Shown piece by piece: positions 7,027 to 17,421 of a stretch of DNA of 19,050 nt. The DNA comes from Octopus sinensis. Lineage: Eukaryota. The DNA lies in the NCBI RefSeq assembly GCF_006345805.1, contig NW_021824363.1, forward strand, positions 1 to 19,050. The letters run 5' to 3'. Below the pieces are notes generated by a model. The model saw nothing but the letters and a program-made list of their open reading frames with translations. It had not been told where the DNA came from and searched no databases. A program made the translations under genes and the position numbers. Each line of letters starts with the position of its first letter. The stretch's first letter is position 1.

Positions 7027-8336
7027 TGGCAAAGGAAAAATTAGCAATGACACAGTTTCACATATTAAAAAAAAGCTCCCCACATTTAATAGCTAGGTAC
7101 GATTATGTTTAATCTATGCGGTCAAATGTTTCAGAACATGATTCATGACTAGTATAATTTCCTGGCTATGGCTTCACTTGACTAGATATCCGCCAGTTGG
7201 ACCACAGTGTGGTAGCACATTTATGCCTACTTCACGATTCTAGGAAAATTATTGTAAAACCGCATAGGAAGTCTCCTACCAGCAATAAATATGAAGCCAG
7301 CCTACGCACAGCCATATTTCGATCACACCGAAACTGAGATGAGAAACAGGTTGTCATTCAGAGGAACTGACAATGACCTTAATTAGAACATTGTGTTAGA
7401 ATTGCTGAGAGCACTGCATTTGTCATAATCCATATGTCAAAAGTTTTAACGAGGCTATTGATATAATTAAAGAATACTCTGTACCAGGAAAATGTTCAAC
7501 CGGTGATTTATTATGAGTCATGACAAACGGTTTATTGCTGCTGGGTCACATGAGATATCCTATAATCCACCGACTGCATCAGAAGTTGGTGTGATTATGG
7601 TGGGAGATGATACCGATAATCCAAACATTAAACCTGTCGATGTCGTTGTGTAGTTCAGAGAAATCAATGGGGAGTTATGTACTTGTGTGTCCCTATGGGT
7701 AAGATGGCTGGAATGTACTCCTGAAAGACAAAGACGAAGCAAAATCATCACTGAATGTGGCTTTTAATCTTATCGTCTACAGATAAGAAAGGATGAGTCT
7801 AATAGCATAACAGAAAGTAGACAGCCGATGCAAGAATATGAAGTAGATCAATGCAGTAGATCAATATGCAAAGATAGGGCAAGATCATTTACACTTCCCG
7901 AGAAATCATCAGAAGCAGCTTAAGTCTGAAAAGCTCTAGGACCTTCTAGATGCCTTTGCAAATGGTGACATGAATGACGCAGAGCCTTAAATCATACTTC
8001 CACCATCACATAGTAGATCTCGATTTCAAAGGGAGGGTTTCCAATGTGGAATTGTTCTGGTGAGAGACTTAGGAAATCCAGACTACTTCATCACTATGAC
8101 AAACTGGACTGAGATAACGGAAGCCCCGTCTGGTTCAGGGAACAATGTGCATATATTGGCTTTGGTTCTGAGAACAATAAATTGAATATATTGGTGTTGG
8201 ACTCAGGGTATAAGGGTATGAAAAGAATCTGCGTCGACAACGTTGTCTATAAGGAAAGTCTTTAAGAAAATTATAGTAAGTTTCACTTTTTAATTTCAAA
8301 TTACGAACAGGAGTTTAGATGTGTACTAGTCGAATT

Positions 8337-8660
8337 GTAACTGGTACTTATTTAATCGACCCCGATAGGATGAAATGCAAAGTCGACCTCGGCGGAATTT
8401 GAACCCAGGACGTAACGGCAGACGAAATACCTATTTCTTTACTACCCACAAGGGGCTAAACACAGAGAGGACAAACATGGACAGACAAACGGATTAAGTC
8501 GATTACATCGACTCCAGTGCGTAACTGGTACTTATTTAATCGACCCCGAAAGGATGAAAGGCAAAGTTGACCTCGGCGGAATTTGAACTCAGGACGTACC
8601 GGCAGACGAAATACCGCTAAGCACTTTGCTCGGTGTGCTAACGATTGTGTCGACTCAGCC
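8337..8660 (-). mobile_element. Family B SINE: full copy (8431-8660) plus a head-less partial second unit (8337-8431)
   Basis: On the element's sense strand the tail ...AAAGAAATA joins directly to GGTATTTCGTCTGCCGTTACG. Confidence 0.9.
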
Positions 8661-8845
8661 ATCTTAAAGTAGATAATGCTATTAAAATCAATATACCTCG
8701 AAAAAACAGACAGGTCAATGAAGTCACTTACATACAAATGTGCTCCTTTCAGAACATGTAGAGCTGATCACCAGATTAACTGGAAATCTAGATTTGTAAT
8801 CCGCAGCACACAATATCGTCCACTATCGGTTGAGACTTATACGTA

Positions 8846-9260
8846 TATTCTTTTATTCTTTTACTTGTTTAAGGCATTTGACTGCGACCATGCTGGAGTA
8901 GCGCCTTAAAGGGTTTTAGTCGAACAAATCAACCTCAGGACATATTCGTTGTAAGCCTAGTACTTATTCTCTCGGTCTCTTTTTCGAACCGATAAGTTAC
9001 GGGGACGTAAGCACACCAACATCGGTTGTAAAGCGACGGTGGGGGTGCAAATACAGGCACAAAGACACACACATAAATATATGCAATCTTACATATATGA
9101 CGGGCTTCTTTCAGTTTCCGTCTGCCAAATCCACTCACAAGGCGTTGGTCGGCCCGATGATATATAGAAAAGACTTCACCAAAGTTCTACGAAGCGGGAC
9201 TGAACTCGAAACCATGTGGTTGAGAAGTAAGGTTCTTACCACATAACCAACTCTGCACCT
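8846..9260 (-). mobile_element. Family A composite SINE
   Basis: Colinear with 870-1479, with a shorter internal microsatellite. Confidence 0.9.
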
Positions 9261-9362
9261 GTTTAAACATAATTATTTACCCACTTCAGTGGCGACAATA
9301 TTTGGAGCCATGGTGTAATGAATGGTTGAACACTATGAATTGTAAATACATGTAAAATATTT

Positions 9363-9576
9363 AATTTCAAATTTCGGCACAAGGACTGCAATTTGACGGG
9401 AAGGACTAAGTCGATTATATCAACCCCAGTCCTGAAATCATACTTATTTTAGCGACCCCGAAATGATGAAAAGCAAACTCGACGTCAGCAGCATTTGAAC
9501 TCAAGATATAGAGTCGGAAGAAATTTCACAGATCACTATTTCCCGACGGCGTAACGATTCTACTATCTCACCGCCC
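9363..9576 (-). mobile_element. Diverged SINE with family B head/core but a different tail (family C)
   Basis: B-like core (AAGTCGATTA..ACCCCAG..GACCCCGAAA.GATGAAA.GCAAA..CGAC); sense-strand tail ..CCTTGTGCCGAAATTTGAAATT, shared with 12225-12439. Confidence 0.75.
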
Positions 9577-10164
9577 TGTTTTATACAAAATATTATCAGT
9601 ATATAAAACAGTTGACCTGTAAGGTTCCATTAACCAGAGAATAATACACTTATTTTTACGATAAATTATATAATTACTAAATATATTTGACGCACAAAGT
9701 ATATTGGTCGTGTATATGTGATATAAAACAGTGTATTTTATAAACAAGAACGGCTGACAAAATAGGAGAAATGATTAGAGCGAACTGACAAGGAAGCATT
9801 ACAAAGAGATAGACATCTATACCTGACCAACATTCTATAATTGAAAAAGTCAGGCAGAGTGTGTACAGTCATTCCTCAGAATAACTAAAAATGTAGGTTT
9901 TGTTGACTACTACATCCAATGTGAACACGCAGATGTTACCATTGCATTTTTATCACTCGTGTGTCATTATTCAATATTCAGCATTCATTATTCATTATTC
10001 ACTGGCTAAAATCGCCACTCAGCTTTCAGTTCTCTGTCTTAGATCAAACAATGCTTCTTCAAAGTTTCAAGATTTTGCACATGAAATATATTTCCATTCA
10101 TCTTAATCAACAAAACATCAGAATATAATGCAGCATTATGTCTCATTTATACAGAAATCGATAC

Positions 10165-10228
10165 AGAACTACATATACATATATACATATATTACAAACA
10201 CACACAAAATCATACACAGACATATGTA

Positions 10229-10270
<42 letters not shown>

Positions 10271-10310
10271 CATACATGCAAGCATATATATGAGTGCATG
10301 TACATGTATA

Positions 10311-10351
<41 letters not shown>

Positions 10352-10626
10352 GCATACATATATATATATGTACTTGTATATATATACATACATAAATATG
10401 TATGTACATTTGTGTATGTATATATATATATAAGTGCATACAAACACGTGCATAAAATGTATATATACATAAATACATATATATATATATATATAAGCGT
10501 GTGTGAACACCCACATATGCATATGTATGTGTATATGTATGTGTGTGTATGTCTGTATATCTATATATGTATATATGTTTATGTATGTATATATATATAT
10601 GTATATATACATATATACATATATAT

Positions 10627-10672
<46 letters not shown>

Positions 10673-10695
10673 CACCTATATACACCTATGTGTAT
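10165..10695. repeat. Large interrupted (TA)n/(CA)n/(TG)n array (~530 bp)
   Basis: Direct inspection; source of seven low-complexity ORFs in the track. Confidence 0.95.
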
Positions 10696-11362
10696 ATCAC
10701 AGTGAAGTGATCTATAAGAATACGTATATCCATTACATTTACTTCTTAAAGCACACACCAACTTTCTACAAAAGAAATTAAAGCATCCATTAAATAAAAA
10801 AAAGGTATTTCTTCCTCCATCAAGAGAAGATGAAACGTAGAACGGGAACCAAGGAATCAGTAGCGTTCTTTTGATATCCTTGCTTACCGTTGCAATTATA
10901 TATATATCGCATACATACAAACAGATGAATAGACACGCGCACATTCAGAAATACGTGCATGCCTACATATCATTATAAGAAGATATATTTCTAAATAATA
11001 TAAATAATATATATTATGTATCTTGAATCCAGTCGATCACGTTTAATATAGAATATGCTGAGTGCAATTTTGAATTATATCGATCGTATTTCGTTCGCTA
11101 GGAGGTAAATTTCAATCAAACTCCCCCGCGATTTTTGCAACCAAGATCTTTTAAACTAAACAAAGTAGGTTATATATCTAGGTAATATCAATAAAATGAA
11201 ATACCCCGCCCGACCCTTGAATCTCCATCCTGCACGTTGATTTTGAATGGAACTTGTTCACTTGTAATTTAATTGTTTGAATTTCTTCTTTCGGTGCTGG
11301 AATTCAATTTAAACAACCCCCACACATGTACAAGTTAGTAACTTTATTTTCAATTTGTTCAG

Positions 11363-11467
11363 TGTACCTCATACACAAACCTGTTCCTATGTTAGATGTT
11401 AGGAGAGGAAAGGTGGAGAGGGGCGAATTGCCATTTGTGTTTGTGCAAATTAGAAGAGAGATACAGG
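11363..11467 (+). other. Candidate 105-nt internal exon (unverified)
   Basis: Acceptor TTTATTTTCAATTTGTTCAG|, donor CAGG|GTAAGA, a single open frame (YLIHKPVPMLDVRRGKVERGELPFVFVQIRREIQ) with phase 1 at both ends; no homology recognised. Confidence 0.15.
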
Positions 11468-11510
11468 GTAAGAAAAGCAGTTTGGTCTTAACATGTATAA
11501 AGGTTCTAAA

Positions 11511-11860
11511 GACATCGTGGCTGTTTGGTATGAAGCTATCTTCCTAACGACATGGTTCCGGGTTCAGTCCCACTGCGTGGCACCTTGGGCAGGTGTCTTC
11601 TACTATAGCCTCCAACCGATCAAACTTGGTTGACGGAAACTGAACGAAGATCATCGTAGACGTGTGTGTGTGTGTGTGTGTTCACCATCACAGCTTGACA
11701 ACGGATGTTGGTATGTTTACGTCCCTGTAACTTGAGGCCACCAGAATAAGTACTAACCTTAATAAGTAAGTCCTCAGGATTATTTGTTCGACGAAAACCC
11801 TTCAAGGCGTTGCTCTAGTATGGTTGCAGTCAAATGACCAAAGCAAGTAAAGAATAAAAA
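11511..11860 (+). mobile_element. Diverged family A composite SINE
   Basis: ACATGGTTCCGGGTTCAGTCCCACTGCGTGGCACCTTGGGCAGGTGTCTTCTACTATAGCC, internal (TG)n, 3' module ending GCAGTCAAATGACC..AAGTAAAAGAATAAAA. Confidence 0.85.
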
Positions 11861-12224
11861 AAATATCTTATATCATCAAAGAGAGCAATGCTGTTCCCTA
11901 CCACATATCGGAACTAAATTAAAGGGAACAGTTGAGGACGGAAGGGTTTTAAGGTGTCGTTGATATTCTCAGCGACGCCACGGACGGACAAAAGTGAGCT
12001 AGAACGGAAAATTATGAAAGCATTAGAGGAATTGAAAGTTTAAAATAAAATACTATGATATGATTGTATCGCAGTTGGATGGCCTTATCTTTGAAAAGCA
12101 CAAGCGAAACGCTTAGGAAAAACTCAAATTTTTTTTAAGTCACCCCAAATCATGACAAAAATATCGATATAAGATGGATGCAAATAGTCGTTTGTGTTAT
12201 CGTTAATGAGTGTGGAGGGGAAGT

Positions 12225-12439
12225 GCGGCGAGCTGGCAGAATATTTGGGACACAGGGTCAAAATGATTGACCTTAATATGTCCGTCCTTACGCTCTGAAT
12301 GCACATTCCACCAAAGTTGACTTTACCTTTCATACTGAGTCGATATGATAAGTGCTAGCTTAGCATTGGGTTCAATGTAATCGATTTAACCCGCCTCCTA
12401 AAAATAATTCCTTGCCTTGAGCGAAAATTTGAAATCATT
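12225..12439 (+). mobile_element. Diverged family C SINE
   Basis: GCGGCGAGCTGGCAGAAT head, GTTGACTTTACCTTTCAT core, CCTTGAGCGAAAATTTGAAATCATT tail. Confidence 0.75.
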
Positions 12440-12464
12440 AACGAGCGGGGTATAAAAAATTGCT

Positions 12465-12759
12465 GAGACCCCCTTCGGTCATGACTGACCATGGGATTGC
12501 ACCAAGAAGGTTGCCCTCACAGGCTTAAGTCCGGGCAAAGTTTTTTATCGAAGAGCAGAACTCGCCCATGCATACAGGCCTCCCCTCTCTACGTCACAAC
12601 TGTTATCCAAGGAAAAGGCAAAGAACGATACAGCTTGGCATCTGTGATGTCGCAACCTATTTCTACAACTGAGTGAACTGGAGCAACGTGAAATAAAGTG
12701 TCTTGCTCAAGAACACAACAGAACACAACTCATAACCGCACGATCGTAAGCTCGACGCT
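12465..12759 (-). mobile_element. tRNA-derived SINE with a CORE-like block (family D), internally deleted head
   Basis: Sense strand contains CTTGAGCAAGACACTTTATTTCACGTTGCTCCAGTTCACTCAG and a tRNA-like GCGTCGAGCTTACGATCG segment; single copy here, recognised from memory as an octopus repeat. Confidence 0.6.
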
Positions 12760-13090
12760 TCTTTTCGAGGTCTTACTGTCCATGTTCAGACAGTAGGATT
12801 ATATATGAGCAAAACCCTTCCCAGCTACAAAAAAAAAACAACATAATGCACAGGCATCGCTTGAAATAGACCTTTCACAAAAAGGGCTGGTCGTAGCCTT
12901 CGCATGTTTGAGAATTCCGTTCAGGCGATGGCAATACTCGACCACAATTTGCAGCCATCATGTATGCATGTACGTACGTATGTCTGTAAGTATATATGTA
13001 TGTATGTATGTTCAGAATAATAGAAATAGTAGCTAAACTACCCTCAGCTCACATATCAATCTTTTAAACAAGATACCAAATGTTACATTT

Positions 13091-13163
13091 GTCTTCTACT
13101 ATAGCCTCGGGCTGACCAAATCCTTGTGAGTGGATTTGGTAGACGGAAACTGAAAGAAGTCGT
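13091..13163 (+). mobile_element. Family A SINE internal fragment
   Basis: GTCTTCTACTATAGCCTCGGGCTGACCAAATCCTTGTGAGTGGATTTGGTAGACGGAAACTGAAAGAAG. Confidence 0.85.
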
Positions 13164-13395
13164 ACATACAACCTGCCTCAAAGAAGAAAAAGCCTAGAGC
13201 GCCACGGTTGGAAATCTTTTAGACAAGGATCTCCTTGTATCCATCTGGGTGATCCGGGTGATCTGTAATCTCTATGTGGATAACACGAATGATGTTAAAT
13301 CTCATTCAAAACAATCGAGGTTAAAAGCCGCATGAAATCCATCCTTTTCGACAACCTAGCTATTTACACAGCTCACATTAAAGACCACTTCCAAA

Positions 13396-13790
13396 ACCAT
13401 TTTTGCTATATCTCTATTAAAATTCGCTGCCTTTGTTTTATTCACATTTAGAAATATTAAAGAATTTATTCAAATAACTTTGTGGTTATTAAGCTGGTGT
13501 TTGTCACATAAATTAAAATGAAATTTTGATGAAAAGATTTAACTAAGATTTACTTTATCTCTTTTGTTAGAATATTTCTTTTGAAATTCACTGCTTTCAT
13601 TTCAAGCAAATAATTCTGAAAATAACGAAGCATTTAGCATAATATTTTTTCCCATTAACAAGGTGTTTGGAAGAACGTTAATTTAACATTGAATTTTGAT
13701 GGAGAAAGTCAATTTAGATCACTTGAAGGCAGTCAATATGTATTATAAGACTAGGGTATCTCTCAGGAAGGCTCATATCAACGGAGATGA
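13396..13790 (+). repeat. Two diverged tandem copies (~164-bp period) of an AT-rich, probably MITE-like repeat
   Basis: TTTTG.TA..TAT.TCT.TT.AAATTC.CTGC.TT (13400/13563), GGTGTTTG (13497/13662) and AATTTTGATG.A.A (13522/13693) recur in order. Confidence 0.5.
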
Positions 13791-13899
13791 AGCTGTTTAT
13801 TATTGGAGATGCAAAGTTGGGACTAGACTAGCCTGAATCTATTGTATTCAATCTGTAAACGTTCTCTACAGCTTAGTGACAGCAGTAACTGGAGAAAAA

Positions 13900-14314
13900 G
13901 GCGGCGAGCTGGCAGAAACGTTAGCACGCCGGGGCGAAATGCTTAGCGGTATTTCGTCTGCGTTATGTTGTGATTTCAAATTCCGCCGAGGTCGACTTTG
14001 CCTTTCATCCTTTCGGGGTCGATAAATTATGTACCAATTACGCACTGGGGTCGATGTAATCGACTTAATACCTATGTCTGTCCTTGTTTGTCCCATCTGT
14101 GTTTAGCCCCTTGTGGGTAATAAAGAAATAGGTATTTCGTCTGCGTTACGTTGTGAGTTCAAATTCCGCCGAGGTCGACTTTGCCTTTCATCCTTTCGGG
14201 GTCGATAAATTAAGTACCAGTTACGTACTGGGGTCGATGTAACCGACTTAATACCTATGTCTGTCCTTGTTTGTCCCCTCTGTGTTTAGCCCCTTGTGGG
14301 TAATAAAGAAATAG
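13900..14314 (+). mobile_element. Family B SINE head-to-tail dimer (one head plus two 183-bp bodies)
   Basis: Units 13948-14130 and 14131-14313 differ at 7 positions by my count; flanked by GTAACTGG(A/T)GAAAAA at 13885-13899 and 14315-14329. Confidence 0.92.
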
Positions 14315-14329
14315 GTAACTGGTGAAAAA

Positions 14330-14543
14330 GCGAGCTGGCAGAAACACGAGCACACCGGGCGAAATGCGTAGCCGTATTTCGTCTGTCTTTACGTTCTGAG
14401 TTCAAATTCCGCCGAGGTCGACTTTGCCTGTCATCCTTTCAGGGTCAATAATTTAAGTACCAGTTACGCACTGGAGTCGATGTAATCAACTTAATTCGTT
14501 TGTCTGTCCTTGTTTGTCCCCTCTATGGGCAATAAAAAATAGG
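14330..14543 (+). mobile_element. Older family B SINE immediately downstream of the dimer
   Basis: GCGAGCTGGCAGAAAC..GTCGACTTTGCC..TTCGTTTGTCTGTCCTTG (older variant), with a deletion in the tail. Confidence 0.88.
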
Positions 14544-15225
14544 AAACTAGAGAAAAAGCAACCAGTTTCATTATTCGAGCTATGATCTTTGAAAGGGTAC
14601 CCTTATTTCATCTCAATGAATTGTGACATATGGATTCTGCTGGCGCAGAAATGATTGAGAATGATCCCTTAATAATTTCCAAGTTTCTGGCTGGAAGTAC
14701 TATCAACATGTGCGTAGCCACCTGCATGATATTTAATATGAAGGTGACAAACCTGTAATCTCTAAAAGTCATGGATATAAAGAAAAAGACTGACCTTAGA
14801 TTCATTTCTATAACAATTTCAACATTTATATCCTTACATGTATTCAAATTCTAATCACTAATCAAATGTTACTTTAAACATACACACACACATGGGCTCC
14901 GTGTGAGCAGTCATCTAAAAGTTTTTTGTGCATCTTGATGTTGACACAAGTTCCTTGCTTTTCCTGATGAGAAAGCGGCATAATATACTCCTTATTCCTT
15001 CTCAATTAGGAATATGCAGCCTTCGAAACATATGTCGAAAATAAAGGAATTTTGTTAATTCGTCGTTCAACCCCATTCTTTCATATATTTATATTTAAAA
15101 AAAAAACGTACAAATTTCCACACGAAAGCACGTAACTTCAAACGTGTCTTCTCTGATGTGAATTTGTTACCCAGGTATCGGTTAACCGAATTATCCATAA
15201 CAAGATAATTCATTCAACTACTCAA

Positions 15226-15226
<1 letters not shown>

Positions 15227-15259
<33 letters not shown>

Positions 15260-15267
15260 TATATACA
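15227..15267. repeat. (TA)n microsatellite
   Basis: Direct inspection. Confidence 0.9.
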
Positions 15268-15559
15268 TTGATACGTGTCACCTAAAAAAAGAAATGAGTC
15301 CTGCGCGTGCGGAAAAACCTACTTTTTTTACTATCTTGGCTTATATGCCTCATAATTAAACTATTTTCTTTAGTCATTTTGCGAGATCGATATAAGCTTT
15401 AAGCTTACAAAAATACTATTATTGTCATTTAGAGAATATCGACACGGCTTTAAAAAATCGCAGCAAAATTACACACACACACACACACATACACGCTCAC
15501 ATATATACTTCCTAAATGCCTACGGGTTCCAGATGTGGAACATTTTAAGGATTTTAAGG

Positions 15560-15561
<2 letters not shown>

Positions 15562-15600
<39 letters not shown>

Positions 15601-15612
15601 TATATATATATT
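15562..15612. repeat. (TA)n microsatellite
   Basis: Direct inspection. Confidence 0.9.
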
Positions 15613-15959
15613 CATTTCCATCCTCAGCATAATATTTCGAGAAGGGTAGGGTCCTAGCATTTTCAACTTTATATATTCTCGAAAGATATATATATAGGGA
15701 AAGAGAGAGAGATATATAAAGAGAGAGCAAGAAGTAAAGTTAACTGCGAATACTATTCTGATGAAACAAAATCATGCATAATTGCAATAAAGTATTGGTG
15801 CATAGTTGCATAGCCACAGCAAAAATGTATTCAGAGAAGACATGTCCACCACAAATAAAAAAACCTATATGGCAGACATCATACGGTTCGATCAACCGAG
15901 TAAAAAAATATATAACCAGCGTGGCAAAGCAACGAGGAAAATCCTTCATAAAGTATTCT

Positions 15960-16125
15960 AGGAGTGGCTGTGTGGTAAGTAGCTTGCTAACCAACCACAT
16001 GGTTTCGGGTTCAGTCCCACTGCGTGGCATCTTGGGCAAGTGTCTTCTACTATAGCCCCGGGCCGACCAATGCCTTGTGAGTGGATTTGGTAGACGGAAA
16101 CTGAAGGAAGCCTGTCGTGTATATG

Positions 16126-16158
<33 letters not shown>

Positions 16159-16617
16159 CTGTGTTTGTCCCCCTAGCATTGCTTGACAACCTATTTCTTT
16201 ATTACCCACAAGGGGCTAAAAACAGAGGGACAAACAAGGACAGACATAGGTGTTAAGTCGATTACATCGACGCCAGTGCGTAACTGGTACTTAATTTATC
16301 GACCCCGAAAGGATGAAAGGCAAAGTCGACCTCGGCGGAATTTGAACTCACAGCGTAACGCAGACGAAATACCGCTAAGCATTTCGCCCGGTGCGCTAAC
16401 GTTTCTGCCAGCTCACCGCCTTAATTGCTTGACAACCGATGCTGGTGTGTTTACGTCCCCGTTACTTAGCGGTTCGGCAAAAAAGAGACTGATAGAATAA
16501 GTACTGGGCTTACAAAGAATAAGTCCCGGGGTCGGGTTGCTCGATTAAAGGCGGTGCTCCAGCATGGCCGTAGTCAAATGACTGAAACAAGTAAAAGAGT
16601 AAAAGAGCAAAAGAGTA
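15960..16617 (+). mobile_element. Well-preserved family A composite SINE, interrupted by a family B copy
   Basis: GGAGTGGCTGTGTGGTAAGTAGCTTGC head through GTAAAAGAGTAAAAGAGCAAAAGAGT tail. Confidence 0.93.
16192..16423 (-). mobile_element. Family B SINE nested in the family A copy
   Basis: Perfect 14-bp TSD ATTGCTTGACAACC at 16178-16191 and 16424-16437. Confidence 0.93.
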
Positions 16618-17077
16618 GTATTGCCGGCGTTTGTTTGGAATTCGTGTTCTATGGGATCGATCTCCCATTCTTTCTTTTCATTTAACAAGCAGTTAAAATC
16701 TACCACCACAGCAGATTCTATGCGAAATATCATTTGATTACCTAAACACACGATGTTTTATCAAAATTTCTACGACCGAAAGAAAAGACAGCCATAATAA
16801 TGCAGACGCTGATTTGATTTCTGTAGATAATCAGGAAAATGACTTAGATCGGTTTATCAGGGTATTTATTTAAGAACCAATTATACCCGAAAAATCTGTC
16901 TCAAAGGAAACATTAAATCGCTCTTTAAGTATATTCTTGGAAAGAAAAATAAGAGCGAATCCACCCATATTGCTTCGTCTACAAAGTAAATAGCAGATTA
17001 ATATCTTAATAATCCAAAATCATTCAATTATTGTTTGACTGTGAAATATGATATTCTTAACGCTTAAAACACCCACA

Positions 17078-17162
17078 CAAAATGGCGAACAGAAAAGTTA
17101 AAGCTAATACCGCCATGTTTGTATTTTCGATGTGCAACAGACAGAAACACTGGTGACGTCAC
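17078..17162. promoter_or_regulatory. Promoter-like motif cluster: two opposed YY1-type motifs and a palindromic CRE
   Basis: CAAAATGGCG (17078-17087, +), AACATGGCGG (17110-17119, -), GTGACGTCAC (17153-17162) in sequence I could not assign to a repeat. Confidence 0.3.
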
Positions 17163-17421
17163 ACATTAAGTGACTTGCAACCAAGAAAACAATTTGATAG
17201 AATATGCGATAATTTCTTATGAAATTGCCACTATCAGCTGTAGGGAAGTAATATACATAAAGGTTGATGCAGAACTGTTAATATACATATGGTGTAACCA
17301 TCCTCTGTACAAATTTGTTCGAATTAGGATTAGAGTCAAACGTCCCATCGCTTTCATAATGGCTATTTGTTGTTGTTAAAGTGTCGTAGAATCAAAATGC
17401 CTTGATATATGTATTTATTTA

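Larger units (their letters stand above)
5200..8265 (+). pseudogene. Helitron RepHel (replication initiator/PIF1 helicase) pseudogene, internally deleted and interrupted
   Basis: Hand translation gives MPRKRKG (5200), GAKK.LPNE..CGKGKI (zinc finger, split), FTILGK..RIGSLLP (7261) ..AYAQ, HNPYVKSF (7424), YNPPTASEVGVIMVGD (7561), PYG*DGW (7691), SYRLQIR (7768), QEYEVD (7831), IILPPS (7991), GNPDYFITMT.NWTEI (8072), then PVWFREQCAYIGF...DNVVYKESL* (8125-8265). These match canonical Helitron N-terminal motifs and the helicase C-terminal NVVYxEvl motif. Many stops and frameshifts. Confidence 0.93.
5200..8329 (+). mobile_element. Fossil Helitron; 3' end probably CTAG at 8326-8329 followed by host T; 5' end upstream of 5200, not resolved
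   Basis: RepHel remnant plus CTAG|T about 60 bp after the stop codon; no convincing subterminal hairpin remains. Confidence 0.7.

Noticed and set aside
8326-8431. Idea that the Helitron inserted into and split the family B SINE whose fragment starts at 8337
   Set aside because: The missing tail half is not found at a plausible left boundary; the 4045-4159 fragment overlaps the same SINE region instead of complementing it.
14608-14847. 79-aa minus-strand ORF, and the overlapping plus-strand 42-aa frame from ~14631
   Set aside because: No recognisable motif or consistent splice signals; length is within chance expectation.
15740-16189. 149-aa minus-strand ORF
   Set aside because: The first half is antisense family A SINE plus microsatellite; the remainder has no recognisable homology.
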